The position numbers were made by a program, and so were the translations under genes. From Octopus bimaculoides (lineage: Eukaryota): a stretch of 37,143 bases of DNA. The notes under the pieces are model-generated. The model saw only the letters and a program-made list of their open reading frames with translations. It ran no database searches and was not told the DNA's origin. Location: positions 128,487,593 through 128,524,735 of the forward strand of contig NC_068981.1 of assembly GCF_001194135.2 (NCBI RefSeq), read 5' to 3'. This document shows, piece after piece, positions 1 to 10,464 of this stretch. Each line of letters opens with the position of its first letter. Position 1 is the first letter of the stretch.

Positions 1-55
<55 letters not shown>
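1..55. repeat. (TG)n microsatellite; probable (CA)n 3' tail of the adjacent minus-strand LINE
   Basis: Perfect TG repeat directly abutting the end of LINE ORF 70..387 (-). Confidence 0.95.
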
Positions 56-57
<2 letters not shown>

Positions 58-692
58 TTTCCTCTAGTTTCAGCTCAGAGCTGCGACCATGCTGATGCAC
101 TGCCGTTTTGCTACACTATTATTACTGAGAGCCTCCTCCAATATGTGGCACTTGGTGAAAATGGAGTTTGATGTAGCTACCCTCATTTGCACCTCTTGCC
201 ATGAGGTAGGTTCATCTGGGACTCTCGACAGGAAGAGGTCCAGCTTTGATTTAAAAATGCCTACATCTACTTTGTGCAGGTTCCTCAGGTTCTTTGGGAG
301 AATATTAAAAAGCTGTAGTCCCCTGAAACCCAAACTGTTGCAGTAACTGGTCCTGAAGCGCGATGGTGTTGCTGGGATCTTTCGCACTATGCAATGTCGT
401 CCCGTTCTAGCATTGGTGTAGCTTTCATTGATTTAGCCTCTGGGATTGAAATTCCCTGTGGACCAGTGTATTCTGTAAGTTTCATATTCAGTTTTGGACA
501 TTGGTAGTGCAGGGCTTGGAATTTTTCAGCATTAAACTGCATATTATTATCCTCAGCCCATCTGTAAATTGAGTCCAACTCCTGCTGGAGATGTGCAACA
601 TCACTGGGGTTCTGTATTTTCTGCGAGACTTTCATATCGTCTGCGTAGCTTGCAAGGGTGGCTATCTGGGCACCTGAGGGCATATCTGAGAG
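56..692 (-). mobile_element. 5'-truncated, internally deleted non-LTR retrotransposon (CR1/L2/Jockey-group RT and C-terminus)
   Basis: ORF 387..683 has ASYADDMK...LQQELDSIYRWAEDNNMQFNAEKFQ (RT YADD motif and downstream block). ORF 70..387 has FNILPKNLRNL...FKSKLDLFLSRVPDEP...SNS, a typical LINE ORF2 C-terminus. Clade not resolvable by eye. Confidence 0.88.
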
Positions 693-964
693 ATGTATAA
701 ATATATATATGTGTGTATATATATATATATTAGAAAAAATAATAATAAGGTACTCAGATATCTGGATGGTTGTACATTTACAGATTTTTATTCATATGTC
801 ACATATTTAATAAATTAGCGCTTTCACCTAGTCTTGTAGGGTTTTCAAATTTTGATTTCACCTTGAGAAGCTGTCTCTTTTTATAGTTTTGAGGCTGCAG
901 GCCCAATTAGCCCTCTGCAGGAGCTAGCTTAAAAGCTCGCACAGAGTGCAGCTTTTAAGCTAGT

Positions 965-1300
965 TATTAATGAAATACAGTTCTATCCCTCCATCCATCT
1001 TCTACAACTATTCTAGGGAGGATAATAGTGAGAAAGTCCTTAAGTATCTCCTTAATAGAATTTTATCAGAAGCAACCATCATTAGATTGTCTGGCTGGAT
1101 TACCAAGTGTGACCAACTGAGACTATGGATATTATCCAACTATCTCATTCTTGGTCTACCCCTAAGTTTCTTGCCAGCTGGCTCAGCTTGAAGTATCAGT
1201 CTTGTGATTCTTCCCTGCAACAATCTAATCCAATACAGTTTTAAATCGATGTAATTTTAATGGGCTCAGTATGTAGCTGTCCTAAAAAGAGTTCAGACCA
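965..1300 (-). mobile_element. Degenerate RTE-clade LINE ORF2 C-terminal fragment
   Basis: Minus-strand translation QGRITRLILQAEPAGKKLRGRPRMR*LDNIHSLSW resembles the RTE motif GKRxRGRPxxRWxDxI; contains an in-frame stop. Confidence 0.65.
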
Positions 1301-2416
1301 GTGTATTGACATGCAGAGTAGTGAGCACAACATAACTGAGGTCCTGTCACAACTAGCATATTTGGAAAAACTGGAGCTATTGCAGCAACATATACGCTCT
1401 TAGAAAACTTCTTAATCTCAGAGCTGCTTAAAATTACCTTCATTACCTTGCATATCTCAAGCTTCGTGCCTAATTAAGAAGCCTACTTTTTCAATTTTCA
1501 CAGCTCTTTTTAAAAAATATAATATAAACAAAATCATTAAACTGATTATTTTTTTTTATCATCACAAATTAATTAATAGAGATATACACTACCAAAAAAT
1601 GAGTGATGTAATTAAGTTTAAAAATCATCTCAAAAAAGATTAAGAAAAAAATCTCTATTTTATACTAAATTTAGAACTCTTATAAGTTTAACTAAAAATA
1701 GAAGGGAGAAAAATCAATTAAAACTTCTAATGAAACAGTGCAGAACTGGTAAGAAGACTTGTTTGATTTGAACTGAAGTAGTGTAACATTTTACTGCAGT
1801 TTCCAAAGACAGAAATAAAGCAAAAAAAAGAAAAAACCCAAAAACTAAGGGTAAGTATTAGGAAGCTATTGAGTTAGTAAGTTGGTAGATAGGTAAACAG
1901 ATGAATCGATTAAACATACTTGACATTAATGAAATACAAAACTACAAAATTTAAACCCTTCTTGAAGATGTCTTGCACTAAGCACACACAGATCTCAATA
2001 CATACGCATGAAAACCAACTATAAATATCCTAGGTTTATTAAATCAATAAAAATCTTGGAAACATTTAATTAAAAAAATTAAAAACAATCCCAATGTTTC
2101 AGCTTCACAAACAACAAAACTAAAATATTAACAAAGGAAAAAGAAAAGGTAATTAGGGACATTTTTTTAAAATTCCAAGTCATGTTGTTTATCAATATGT
2201 TTTATCAAGTGTTTTCAATTTAAGTCATTTTTGCTTTAATATTAACTCTAAACATTAACTGATAATTAATTGTTCAGATCATAGCACTGAATAATCAATA
2301 ACTGATACAGTGTCAGATTTAGACTTGGTGAGGCCCTAAGCCCTACAGAGTTTAGAATCCCCTTATTAAAATCCTTTACACATATAATATCATACACATA
2401 CATGTACACATGCATA

Positions 2417-3311
2417 CAAGGTCTGATCAATAAGTATCCGGACTGTTGCCATAGTAACAAAGCTAAAGCATGCAAAGTAAAACTGCTTGGCACAGATTGA
2501 GTTTAAAATCTGCTGTGCATGTGCACTAAGTTTTAACATTCTAGCTCACTTTCCTTGTTTACAGCAGTGCTTGGAAGGAAGGTGTGTAGTGTGTGATCAT
2601 TGCTTTGACCATGACAGAGAAAGTTGTCATAGCAATACCCACCCAGAGGCCTGTGCAAAGTTACAGAAAGTGTATGGAGAGTAGATTATGAGTTGCACAT
2701 AAGTGTACAAGTGGTTAGGACGTTTCTAAGATGGCCAAAAAAATGTTGATATTGACGAATGTTCTGGGAGACCCGCAATCAGCAGAACTGAGAAAGACAT
2801 CACAGATGTGCATGCAGCTGTGTGGGGAAATCGTTAAATCACTATTAATGAGTTATCAGAGGATGTGCAGATTAGTTACAGTTCAGTCCAGTTCATTATC
2901 ACTGAAGGTTTGGGTACGAGATACATGTCTGCTAAGTTTGTGCCAAAAATGCTTTCAACTGACCAAAAAGACACTCAGGTTTCAGTTGCACAAGGTCTCC
3001 TTGATTGTGTTGAGAATGATGAAATTTTTTTGAAAACTTTGCGGAGGCCTGTAAGCAGATATCACCAATCTTTTGGCAAAATTTGATGCAGATTCTCTGT
3101 TCAACTCTCTCTATCATGTTCAATGCAATGATCATACACTACACAACTTCCTTCCAAGCACTGCTGTAAACAGCAGAAGTTAGGTAGAACATTAAAACTT
3201 AGTGCACATGCACAGCAGAGTTCAAGGTCAATTTGTGCCAAGTGGCTTCACTCTTCAAGCTTTAGCTTTGTTATTATAGCAACAGTCCAGATACTTATTG
3301 AACAGACCACG
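2417..3311. mobile_element. Non-autonomous mariner derivative built from two inverted LEFT ends (foldback, ~210 bp arms)
   Basis: TA then CAAGGTCTGATCAATAAGTATCCGGACTG at 2417, with inverted copy CAGTCCAGATACTTATTGAACAGACCACG ending 3311. Arms 2417-2626 and 3102-3311. Transposase N-terminal remnants on both strands (+: VYKWLGRF...SGRP...SAKFVPKMLSTDQK...FLKTL; -: MIERVEQRICIKFCQKIG). No catalytic domain. Confidence 0.9.
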
Positions 3312-3321
3312 TGTGTGTATG

Positions 3322-3357
<36 letters not shown>

Positions 3358-3604
3358 AAGATCATGCATATACACATAAAAATCATTTATACTTATATCA
3401 TCACAAATGTGCACACGCGCGTGTGTGTGTGTGTGTGTGTGTGTGTGCATATTTATATAAATATATATATATACAATACACATAGCATAATGCCTATTAA
3501 ATTTGAGCCTGAAACATTTACGCTAACTAATTAATAAAAGGAAATGTGTGTTAGAATTTATGAATTTGTTTTGCAAGATTCTTGATGTGAAATTTTGTGT
3601 TGAA

Positions 3605-3933
3605 ATTGTTATATTTCAGAATGGTCGTTTTTTTTCTTGCCAAATAAACACACACACTATATATTCATTCTTCACTCTTTTATTATTGTTCTTATTTTAT
3701 GTCCATTGTCTGGAAATCTTTCATCACACATCTGACCTCTTCAGTGACCCTTTCCATCCACGTGTATACTCATGTTTGCTGAAGAAGTCACAGACGCTGT
3801 GATGAAAGATTTCCAGAAAATGGACATAAGATAAAATAAGATCAATAATAAATGAGTGAAGAATGAATATATAACGCATGTGTTTATTTGAAAAAGAAAA
3901 AAACAAAAAATTACCATCCCAAAATATAACAAT
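3605..3933. repeat. Long imperfect inverted repeat / foldback element (arms ~140-155 bp, 34 nt loop)
   Basis: 3605-3744 (..ATATATTCATTCTTCACTC..TTATTTTATGTCCAT..CTGGAAATCTTTCATCAC..CTTCAG) is the reverse complement of 3779-3933 (CTGAAG..GTGATGAAAGATTTCCAG..ATGGACATAAGATAAAATAA..GAGTGAAGAATGAATATAT). Confidence 0.88.
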
Positions 3934-4981
3934 ATGTGTTAGCATTGTTGTTGAATAAGTCAACTTTGATCAATTAGATCCACAACAAGTCAATAGTTAG
4001 AGAAACATTTATAAGTGGCTAACAGATACAAGTTCCCACATGGTTGAGAACCATATTGTATATTTGGATATAGTTAATTGTATCAAGTGCTGTCTGACAG
4101 TCTGCACATTCACTTGACCTGCTAGAAACAGCAGTCTGATCTCCTTCAAATATAACCCTACCATCCTAAAAATGGATGAATATAATGGATGACCAAGTCC
4201 CAGATATATGCCAGGAAAAACTCTACACATTTAGAAGTGTATATTGAGCATTTTCGTTTTGGTACAACAAAAAACACTATCACACACATATTGTACATAC
4301 ACACAAACACACACATGCAAAACACTCATTGATGTATTAATATATGGTGTGCATGCTTTTATATATGTTTAACATACAGAACAGTTAAGGTTCTTTTATT
4401 AAAAAGCTGGAGAGTTGATCAAAATTTATGCATAAAGACTGATAACCTAGTTGCTATACACACTCATATACACATTAAATCAATTTGTGTGTCTATATAA
4501 GATATATAAATACACATATGGAGTGCTGTGATAACAATAGGCTATTATTATCAACCTACTATTTTGAAGAATTCAAAAGAACTCTGAATGCTATTGAAAC
4601 ATGGAGGAAACTATAAATGGCTTAGTGAAAATCCCTCGACTCCATCAAAATTCATTTGACTGTAATGATATTTAAATCTTGTTAAATAGATGAATTGGCT
4701 AAAAACTGATCAAATTTTAATCTGGCTGGTATCACAGTCCCCAAGGATGTAAAGAATTCCTGAATGACTTGAATCAAAAGACTATTAAACAATTCACGTA
4801 AAATATTTACAGTGAATTGAATACAGTTTTGTAATGATAATAATAGTTCATGTGAAATTCATTACTGATATGAGGGAGATATGACAAGTTCTAAGACTCT
4901 AGGAAATTGATATTTTTATATATTGCAACAATATAATGTCTTATTCTATCAAACACTATTTCTCTTTCAAAGATTTTATCC

Positions 4982-4982
<1 letters not shown>

Positions 4983-5029
<47 letters not shown>

Positions 5030-5684
5030 GGCAGTGAACTGACAAAATCTTAGTGGTATTTCACCTGTCACTATGTTCTGAGTTCAAATTCCGACGAGGT
5101 CAACTTTGCCTTTCAGCCTTTCGGGGTTGATAAATTAAATACCAGTGAAACACTGGGGTCGATGTAATTGACTAGTCCCCTCCCACAATTTCGGGCCTTG
5201 TACCTATAGTAGAAAGATTATTATTATTATCATTAAGGCAGCAAGCTGGCAGAATCATTAGCATGCAGGGTTAAATGCTTAGCAGTATTTTGTCTGTCCT
5301 CACGTTCTGAGTTCAAATTCTGCCGTGGTCAACGTTGCCTTTCATTCTTCCAGTATCGCTAAAATAAGCACCAGTTGAACACTGGGGTTGATATAATCGA
5401 TTCACCTCTCCTCTAAAATTGCTGCCCTAGTGGCAAAATTTGAAACCATTATTATTATTATTATTATAAAGGCAGCGAGCTTGCAGAATCATTAGCACAC
5501 TGGGCAACATGCTTAGCAGCAATTCATCCATTTTTATGTTCTGAGTTCAAATTCTGTCAAGGTCAACTTCGTCTTTCATCCTTTCAGGGTTGATAAATTA
5601 AGTACCAGTTGCATACTGGCGTCGATCTAATCAATTGAACCCCCTCCCCACAAATTTCAGGCCTTGTGTCTATAGTAGAAAAGA

Positions 5685-5715
<31 letters not shown>

Positions 5716-5921
5716 GGTTAAGGCAGCAAGCTAGCAGAATTGCTAACATGCTGGGCAAAATGCTTAGTGGCATTTCATCCATCTTTACATTCTGAGTTCA
5801 AATTCCATCGAAGTCAACTTTGCCTTTCATTCTTTCAGTATCAGTAAAGTAAGTACCAGTTGATGTAATTGGCTTACCTGCTTCCCTGAACTTGCTGACC
5901 TTGTGCCAAAATTTGAAAAAC

Positions 5922-5952
<31 letters not shown>

Positions 5953-5953
5953 G
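4983..5953 (+). mobile_element. Head-to-tail array of four tRNA-derived SINE copies separated by (ATT)n tails
   Basis: Units start AAGGCAG(T/C)(G/A)A(A/G)CT at ~5028, 5235, 5469 and 5720. Each has a B-box-like GAGTTCAAATTC and a shared GATAAA(T/A)TAAG(T/C)ACCAG...CTGGGGTCGAT module, and ends in (ATT)n. Resembles tRNA-derived SINEs described from Octopus (OK/OR families; exact family not verified). Confidence 0.85.
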
Positions 5954-6156
5954 TGGTGGTGGTGGTGGTTTTGTAAAAATAAAAATGGTACTACATAGTA
6001 TTACATCTCAAGTCCTAAGTTCAAATTCCACCAACTTTATACTTTCATACATCAAGAGTCTATAAAATAACTACTAAAGTTGATTTGAGCAATTCCACCC
6101 AACTCAAAATGCATGAACTTAGGTCAATATAAAACATGAATTTTATTATAGAGGTT

Positions 6157-6362
6157 AAGGTGGTGAGCTAGCAGAATCATTACCATAACAGACAAAATGC
6201 TTGGCAGCTTTCTGAGTTCAAATGCTGCCAAGATCATCTTTGCCTTTCAACCTTTCAAAATCAATACAATGAGCACTGGTCAACTATTGGAGTTGATGTA
6301 ACCGACTAATGCCCTCCCACAAAATTTTGGATCTTGTGCCTAGAATAGAAAGAATTATCATT
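6157..6362 (+). mobile_element. Fifth, more diverged copy of the same SINE
   Basis: AAGGTGGTGAGCTAGCAGAATCATT...TCTGAGTTCAAATGCTGCC...CTTGTGCCTAGAATAGAAAGAATTATC. Confidence 0.8.
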
Positions 6363-6704
6363 ATAGTGGTTAACGGACTAAATTTGGAATACAAGAGGCA
6401 ATTACTATAAATCATCTGTATCATTAGCACCACTGGAAAAATCCCTATCGTAATCAAATTTTTAAACCTGCCACAGCTAGCATAAATCTTCAACATTTAT
6501 CTTTCTTCCAAATTATCTAATTCTGCAACATCTTCTTTATGAAGATGCTGACATCTTTGACATCTCATTCAACTAAATCTACCTTCATCTGCTCACAAAT
6601 TTTTCACTAAAAATATATCATTCATTCACATTTGTTCAAAATATTTATTCCAAATATAGGGAAACTTTTTATAGACTTTGCAAACACTCAGAGAATGACA
6701 TTAA

Positions 6705-7027
6705 CCCTTTAGCAATCAGATTACTCTGTCAAATGTAAAGCTTATTTATTCACATTATTTTCAGTTCATCATGCATTATCTCAAAGCTTTGAGATTTTGA
6801 TAATGTGATTGTTTATTTTTAGAATGACATTGTAGGTTAAGTCTAAGAGGACAGATTTGACCAGTATTCACACAGTAACAGAATATTTGAGCCAGATATA
6901 GCCAGTTTAACCCTTTATCATTTAAACCACCAAGCTACAAAATAATGCATAACTAATTCATATCAATATGAATAAATAAGCATTACATTTGACAAAGAAT
7001 GCATTTGACAATCTGAATGCTAAAGGG
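6705..7027. mobile_element. piggyBac-like MITE pair (TTAA-flanked): a + copy with a minus, internally deleted copy at its right end
   Basis: TTAA|CCCTTTAGCAATCAGATT at 6701-6705 and AATCTGAATGCTAAAGGG|TTAA at 7027-7031. A second TTAA|CCCTTT starts at ~6907-6911. The same family recurs at 26461-26663. Confidence 0.8.
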
Positions 7028-7469
7028 TTAAACACTAAAAGATTAATGTTCAATTTGAACTTTTGGAGGTTTATGCATGTAAGGACAGAAAGATATTTCC
7101 AAATGGTTGTAGAGATGAAGAAGTAACAAAGAGTTTTGTACAGTTTTTAGGAGAGAAATATTTCAGTGATATAAGAAAATAGGGCTTCTATTGCAAGCAG
7201 ACTGAATGATTGCATAAGGGATTTTTTATAGGTTTATCTTCCTCATCAAAGAGATGACAAAAGAAAAGAAACAGGCAAGTAAAGTTAGTGATAAAAGGTT
7301 TGTGATATAGCAGGCAGGATATCAGTCTCCAAATCACATTATTGGTTAATCCATGCTAATTATGGCTATAGTCAAATCAAATAAACGAACAATAAAATTA
7401 ACAATAACAAACCAAAGGACGAGCACAAGGAATTTAATAGTCTGATGCTCAGTAAAAAGAGAGAGTTTT

Positions 7470-7497
7470 TGACATTTCAAGCATAGCTCTTCATTAG
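7470..7497 (-). ncRNA. Degenerate minimal type-I hammerhead ribozyme-like motif (Penelope-like element type)
   Basis: Minus strand reads CTAATGA-A-GAGC-TAT-GCTT-GAAAT-GTC against the consensus CUGANGA-stemII-GAAAC-GUH. Core position G5 and stem III C are mutated. Confidence 0.5.
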
Positions 7498-8345
7498 AAA
7501 GGAAAAAGGGAAAAAGTTCAATGAAGAGGACAAAATCATCTATAGCATGTGTAATTATCTTTTATTTCTGTACGTTCTTTTACTCATTTTAGTCATTGGA
7601 ATGCAATCATTCTAGGGTACTATCTTGGTCATGATAATCTGTCCTTAAACTGTCTACACTACATCTAACAGTTGCACTTGATCTGTCCTTCAATTGTCAA
7701 CACATTTAACAGACTTCACTTGACAGGTTTTGTGGATCTTGCCTTTTTTATATAAAGTTTCAGTTACAAAGCATTACATTCCTGACACATGATTCAGATG
7801 GAGAGAGAAAATCCTTTACCATCAATCAGAGGCTATTACCATTCTTCACTGATTTTGCAACATATACAAGCATAATTCACACACAATCTAAATACTTCCC
7901 AATAAGGGTCAATGAGTGAACCTCTATATGGTTACTCAACCAGCAAGAAATAGCAGTTAATTGTGCATATCACACTTCACTATTTTGAAAAGGGGCAAAT
8001 AATGATGAAGTTGTCATCATAAGATATACCACATGTAAGAAAAAGTCAGGATGGTCATGGCTGGAATACTTTTCATCATGAATCATGGTTTGAATCTAAA
8101 GAACCTTCTAAAAAGATTTCTTAACTTCTATGAAAAGAATGAAAATATATAGTAATTGGGAAATGATATCAAGTTTTATTCATCCATATACTACCTCCAC
8201 TATCGATATAACCTATTCAAACTCAACCATTGAACTTGCTTTGATTCTCATCATCTTCACTGTGTCACCTGCTCAAACACCTTACAACATACTTTCCCCA
8301 AATCATCCACCTCAGAAAATTTCCTTCAGCTCGTTTCCCACTGCA

Positions 8346-8391
8346 ATGAACCTAACAGCCGTATGAACCTAACAGCCGTATGAACCTAACA
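8346..8391 (+). repeat. 17-bp tandem repeat ATGAACCTAACAGCCGT x2.7
   Basis: Perfect copies at 8346 and 8363, partial copy at 8380. Confidence 0.92.
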
Positions 8392-8722
8392 AACCTGTAA
8401 GAGCTATATTTAAAAGTTATTCTCCTCAGATTAACTTATAAAATTTCTTTTTCATTTTGATTATTAAATTTCTAAAAAATTTCTCCCCCAAACTTTCACT
8501 TTTCAGAATTAACTTCTCCCCAAGTGTAGCTTTCCAGCAACTTTTACTCTTTAGCTACTTATTTACAGTCACTAAATCACATATAACCATTTCCAAAGAA
8601 AGACCTCAACAACAATTCTTACACCAATATTTGGAAAGAATCCTTACACATTGTCTCCCATTTTTTTTTTTTTTAATATCTCTAGTGAACTAGATTCATG
8701 GTTACTTACTGCTGTACATGAT

Positions 8723-9181
8723 NNNNNNNNNNNNNNNNNNNNNNNNNNNNNNNNNNNNNNNNNNNNNNNNNNNNNNNNNNNNNNNNNNNNNNNNNNNNNN
8801 NNNNNNNNNNNNNNNNNNNNNNNNNNNNNNNNNNNNNNNNNNNNNNNNNNNNNNNNNNNNNNNNNNNNNNNNNNNNNNNNNNNNNNNNNNNNNNNNNNNN
8901 NNNNNNNNNNNNNNNNNNNNNNNNNNNNNNNNNNNNNNNNNNNNNNNNNNNNNNNNNNNNNNNNNNNNNNNNNNNNNNNNNNNNNNNNNNNNNNNNNNNN
9001 NNNNNNNNNNNNNNNNNNNNNNNNNNNNNNNNNNNNNNNNNNNNNNNNNNNNNNNNNNNNNNNNNNNNNNNNNNNNNNNNNNNNNNNNNNNNNNNNNNNN
9101 NNNNNNNNNNNNNNNNNNNNNNNNNNNNNNNNNNNNNNNNNNNNNNNNNNNNNNNNNNNNNNNNNNNNNNNNNNNNNNNNN
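8723..9181. other. Assembly gap (N run)
   Basis: Run of N. Confidence 1.
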
Positions 9182-9509
9182 ATATATATATATATAGTCT
9201 AGAGATGGAATGCAAGACAAAAAACATCCAATTTTCTTGAATTTACATGTTTTCTTTTCAATATTTTATATTAGTTGTTCTTGTTTAGCTCTGGCTTTTC
9301 AGCCAAAATCACCCTATTCGTAAATTTGTTTTAATACTCTTACTACTACACTTTCACTAAATTAAAACCAACTCTGGCACTCGTTATGGTATATACATAG
9401 ATAGGATACAGACACTTTAGGAGTAATAAACTTATGATTTAACAGACTTTCGCTGTCATAGTTAACACTCAAGTCAGACCTGACTGAACAGAACTATAAT
9501 TGTGCTTTA

Positions 9510-10380
9510 GCAGAAGAATCTAAGTGAGGAGACATCATGTCTGTGAGCCAGAGATTGAAGTGGAGTGTGTTGGTCAGTAATTTTATGCCAATCAGTCAGA
9601 TTACCTTTTTTGGATGAGTTCTACAATACTTATAAGTCTAGTAACAGTACTGTATTTAAAAGAGAGAAGTATTCCTTTGTAGGTCTCCTTTAAGGTTTCT
9701 AGAGGGTTAGTAGCTGTTTGTGATGAGTGGTAACGAGACAGCATTTGTAGCAACTTTGAGCATTCTGGTTAAGTTTACGTTTAGTAGGAAGACCAGACTG
9801 ACATGATACCAAAGGAGAGTTTTTTCAATATCTCTGTTCATGGAATCAGAGTAGATTACTTATGAGGTCTCTATGTTGCATGTGGATGACACTTGGATGC
9901 ATTGGTTAGGGAATGAAGTGTGATAAAATTTCACAGGAGTGAAACTGTTATGCACGACCATAAGTACGTCTTTGATGTACTGGAGAAAAAGTGTGGAGGG
10001 TAAAACCTTGAGACACACAAGAGACAGAGTGTTGATCATAGAGAACTACATTATCAGAAACCACAACGGGATGATCTGATGAAATGAGAAACAGATCAGC
10101 ATGCAAGATACGATCATAGGCTTTGTAGATGTCATATACAACACTATTGCTTTAAAAAAAATTTTTTTCAAGGGCCTACTAGTGAGTAACATTGAGACTT
10201 TGAGGAGAGTAGATCTCCTGTAGATCTGGTCCACCAAGAGGTTTACTGGTGATCAAGGAGAGAAAGAGATTTAAGGTGTTGAGGTGCTGGATGTGAGATT
10301 GATTGGTTGATAGACGGCAAGAAATGGGACATACTGCTGCCAAAGATCAAGATCCCTGTAGAGAGAGGTCTATCATTAAA
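9510..10380 (-). mobile_element. Heavily degraded non-LTR retrotransposon RT region (CR1/Jockey group)
   Basis: Minus-strand remnants YDIYKAYDRILH (cf. DxxKAFDRVWH) and IQKR..LIG..TNTLQSLAHRHDVSSL (cf. RVQKRA..L.PL.HRR.VASL); many stops and frameshifts. Confidence 0.7.
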
Positions 10381-10464
10381 GTCAACAAAAAAGTAAGGTA
10401 GTAAAATGTATTATTTGACTTAGAGTAATCTAAAACATTATTTTAATGCTTAATTTCTAATATA

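Noticed and set aside
1741-1856. Plus-strand exon (CAG|TTTCCAAAGAC...AAGG|GTAAGT, SKDRNKAKKRKNPKTK)
   Set aside because: The acceptor tract is weak, the A-rich body may simply be a minus-strand pyrimidine tract, and no linked exons or recognisable protein were found.
3295-3534. ORFs rich in YIYI/THTH/CVCV (also 11766, 12140-12570, 20346, 22013, 28139, 36784)
   Set aside because: Translations of microsatellites, with no splice or homology support.
4690-4865. Protein-like minus frame ISHELLLSLQNCIQFTVNILRELFNSLLIQVIQEFF...
   Set aside because: Bounded by stops, with no convincing acceptor/donor pair and no recognisable homology.
4983-5953. Repeat-spacer-like periodicity suggesting a CRISPR array
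   Set aside because: The units are ~200-bp homologous SINEs separated by (ATT)n; there are no unique spacers or cas genes, and the context is eukaryotic.
8190-8660. Penelope-like coding fragment
   Set aside because: Only a vague resemblance (..IWKE..); no RT or GIY-YIG motif is readable.
8651-9227. Long ORFs of 159-183 aa
   Set aside because: Artefacts of the N gap.
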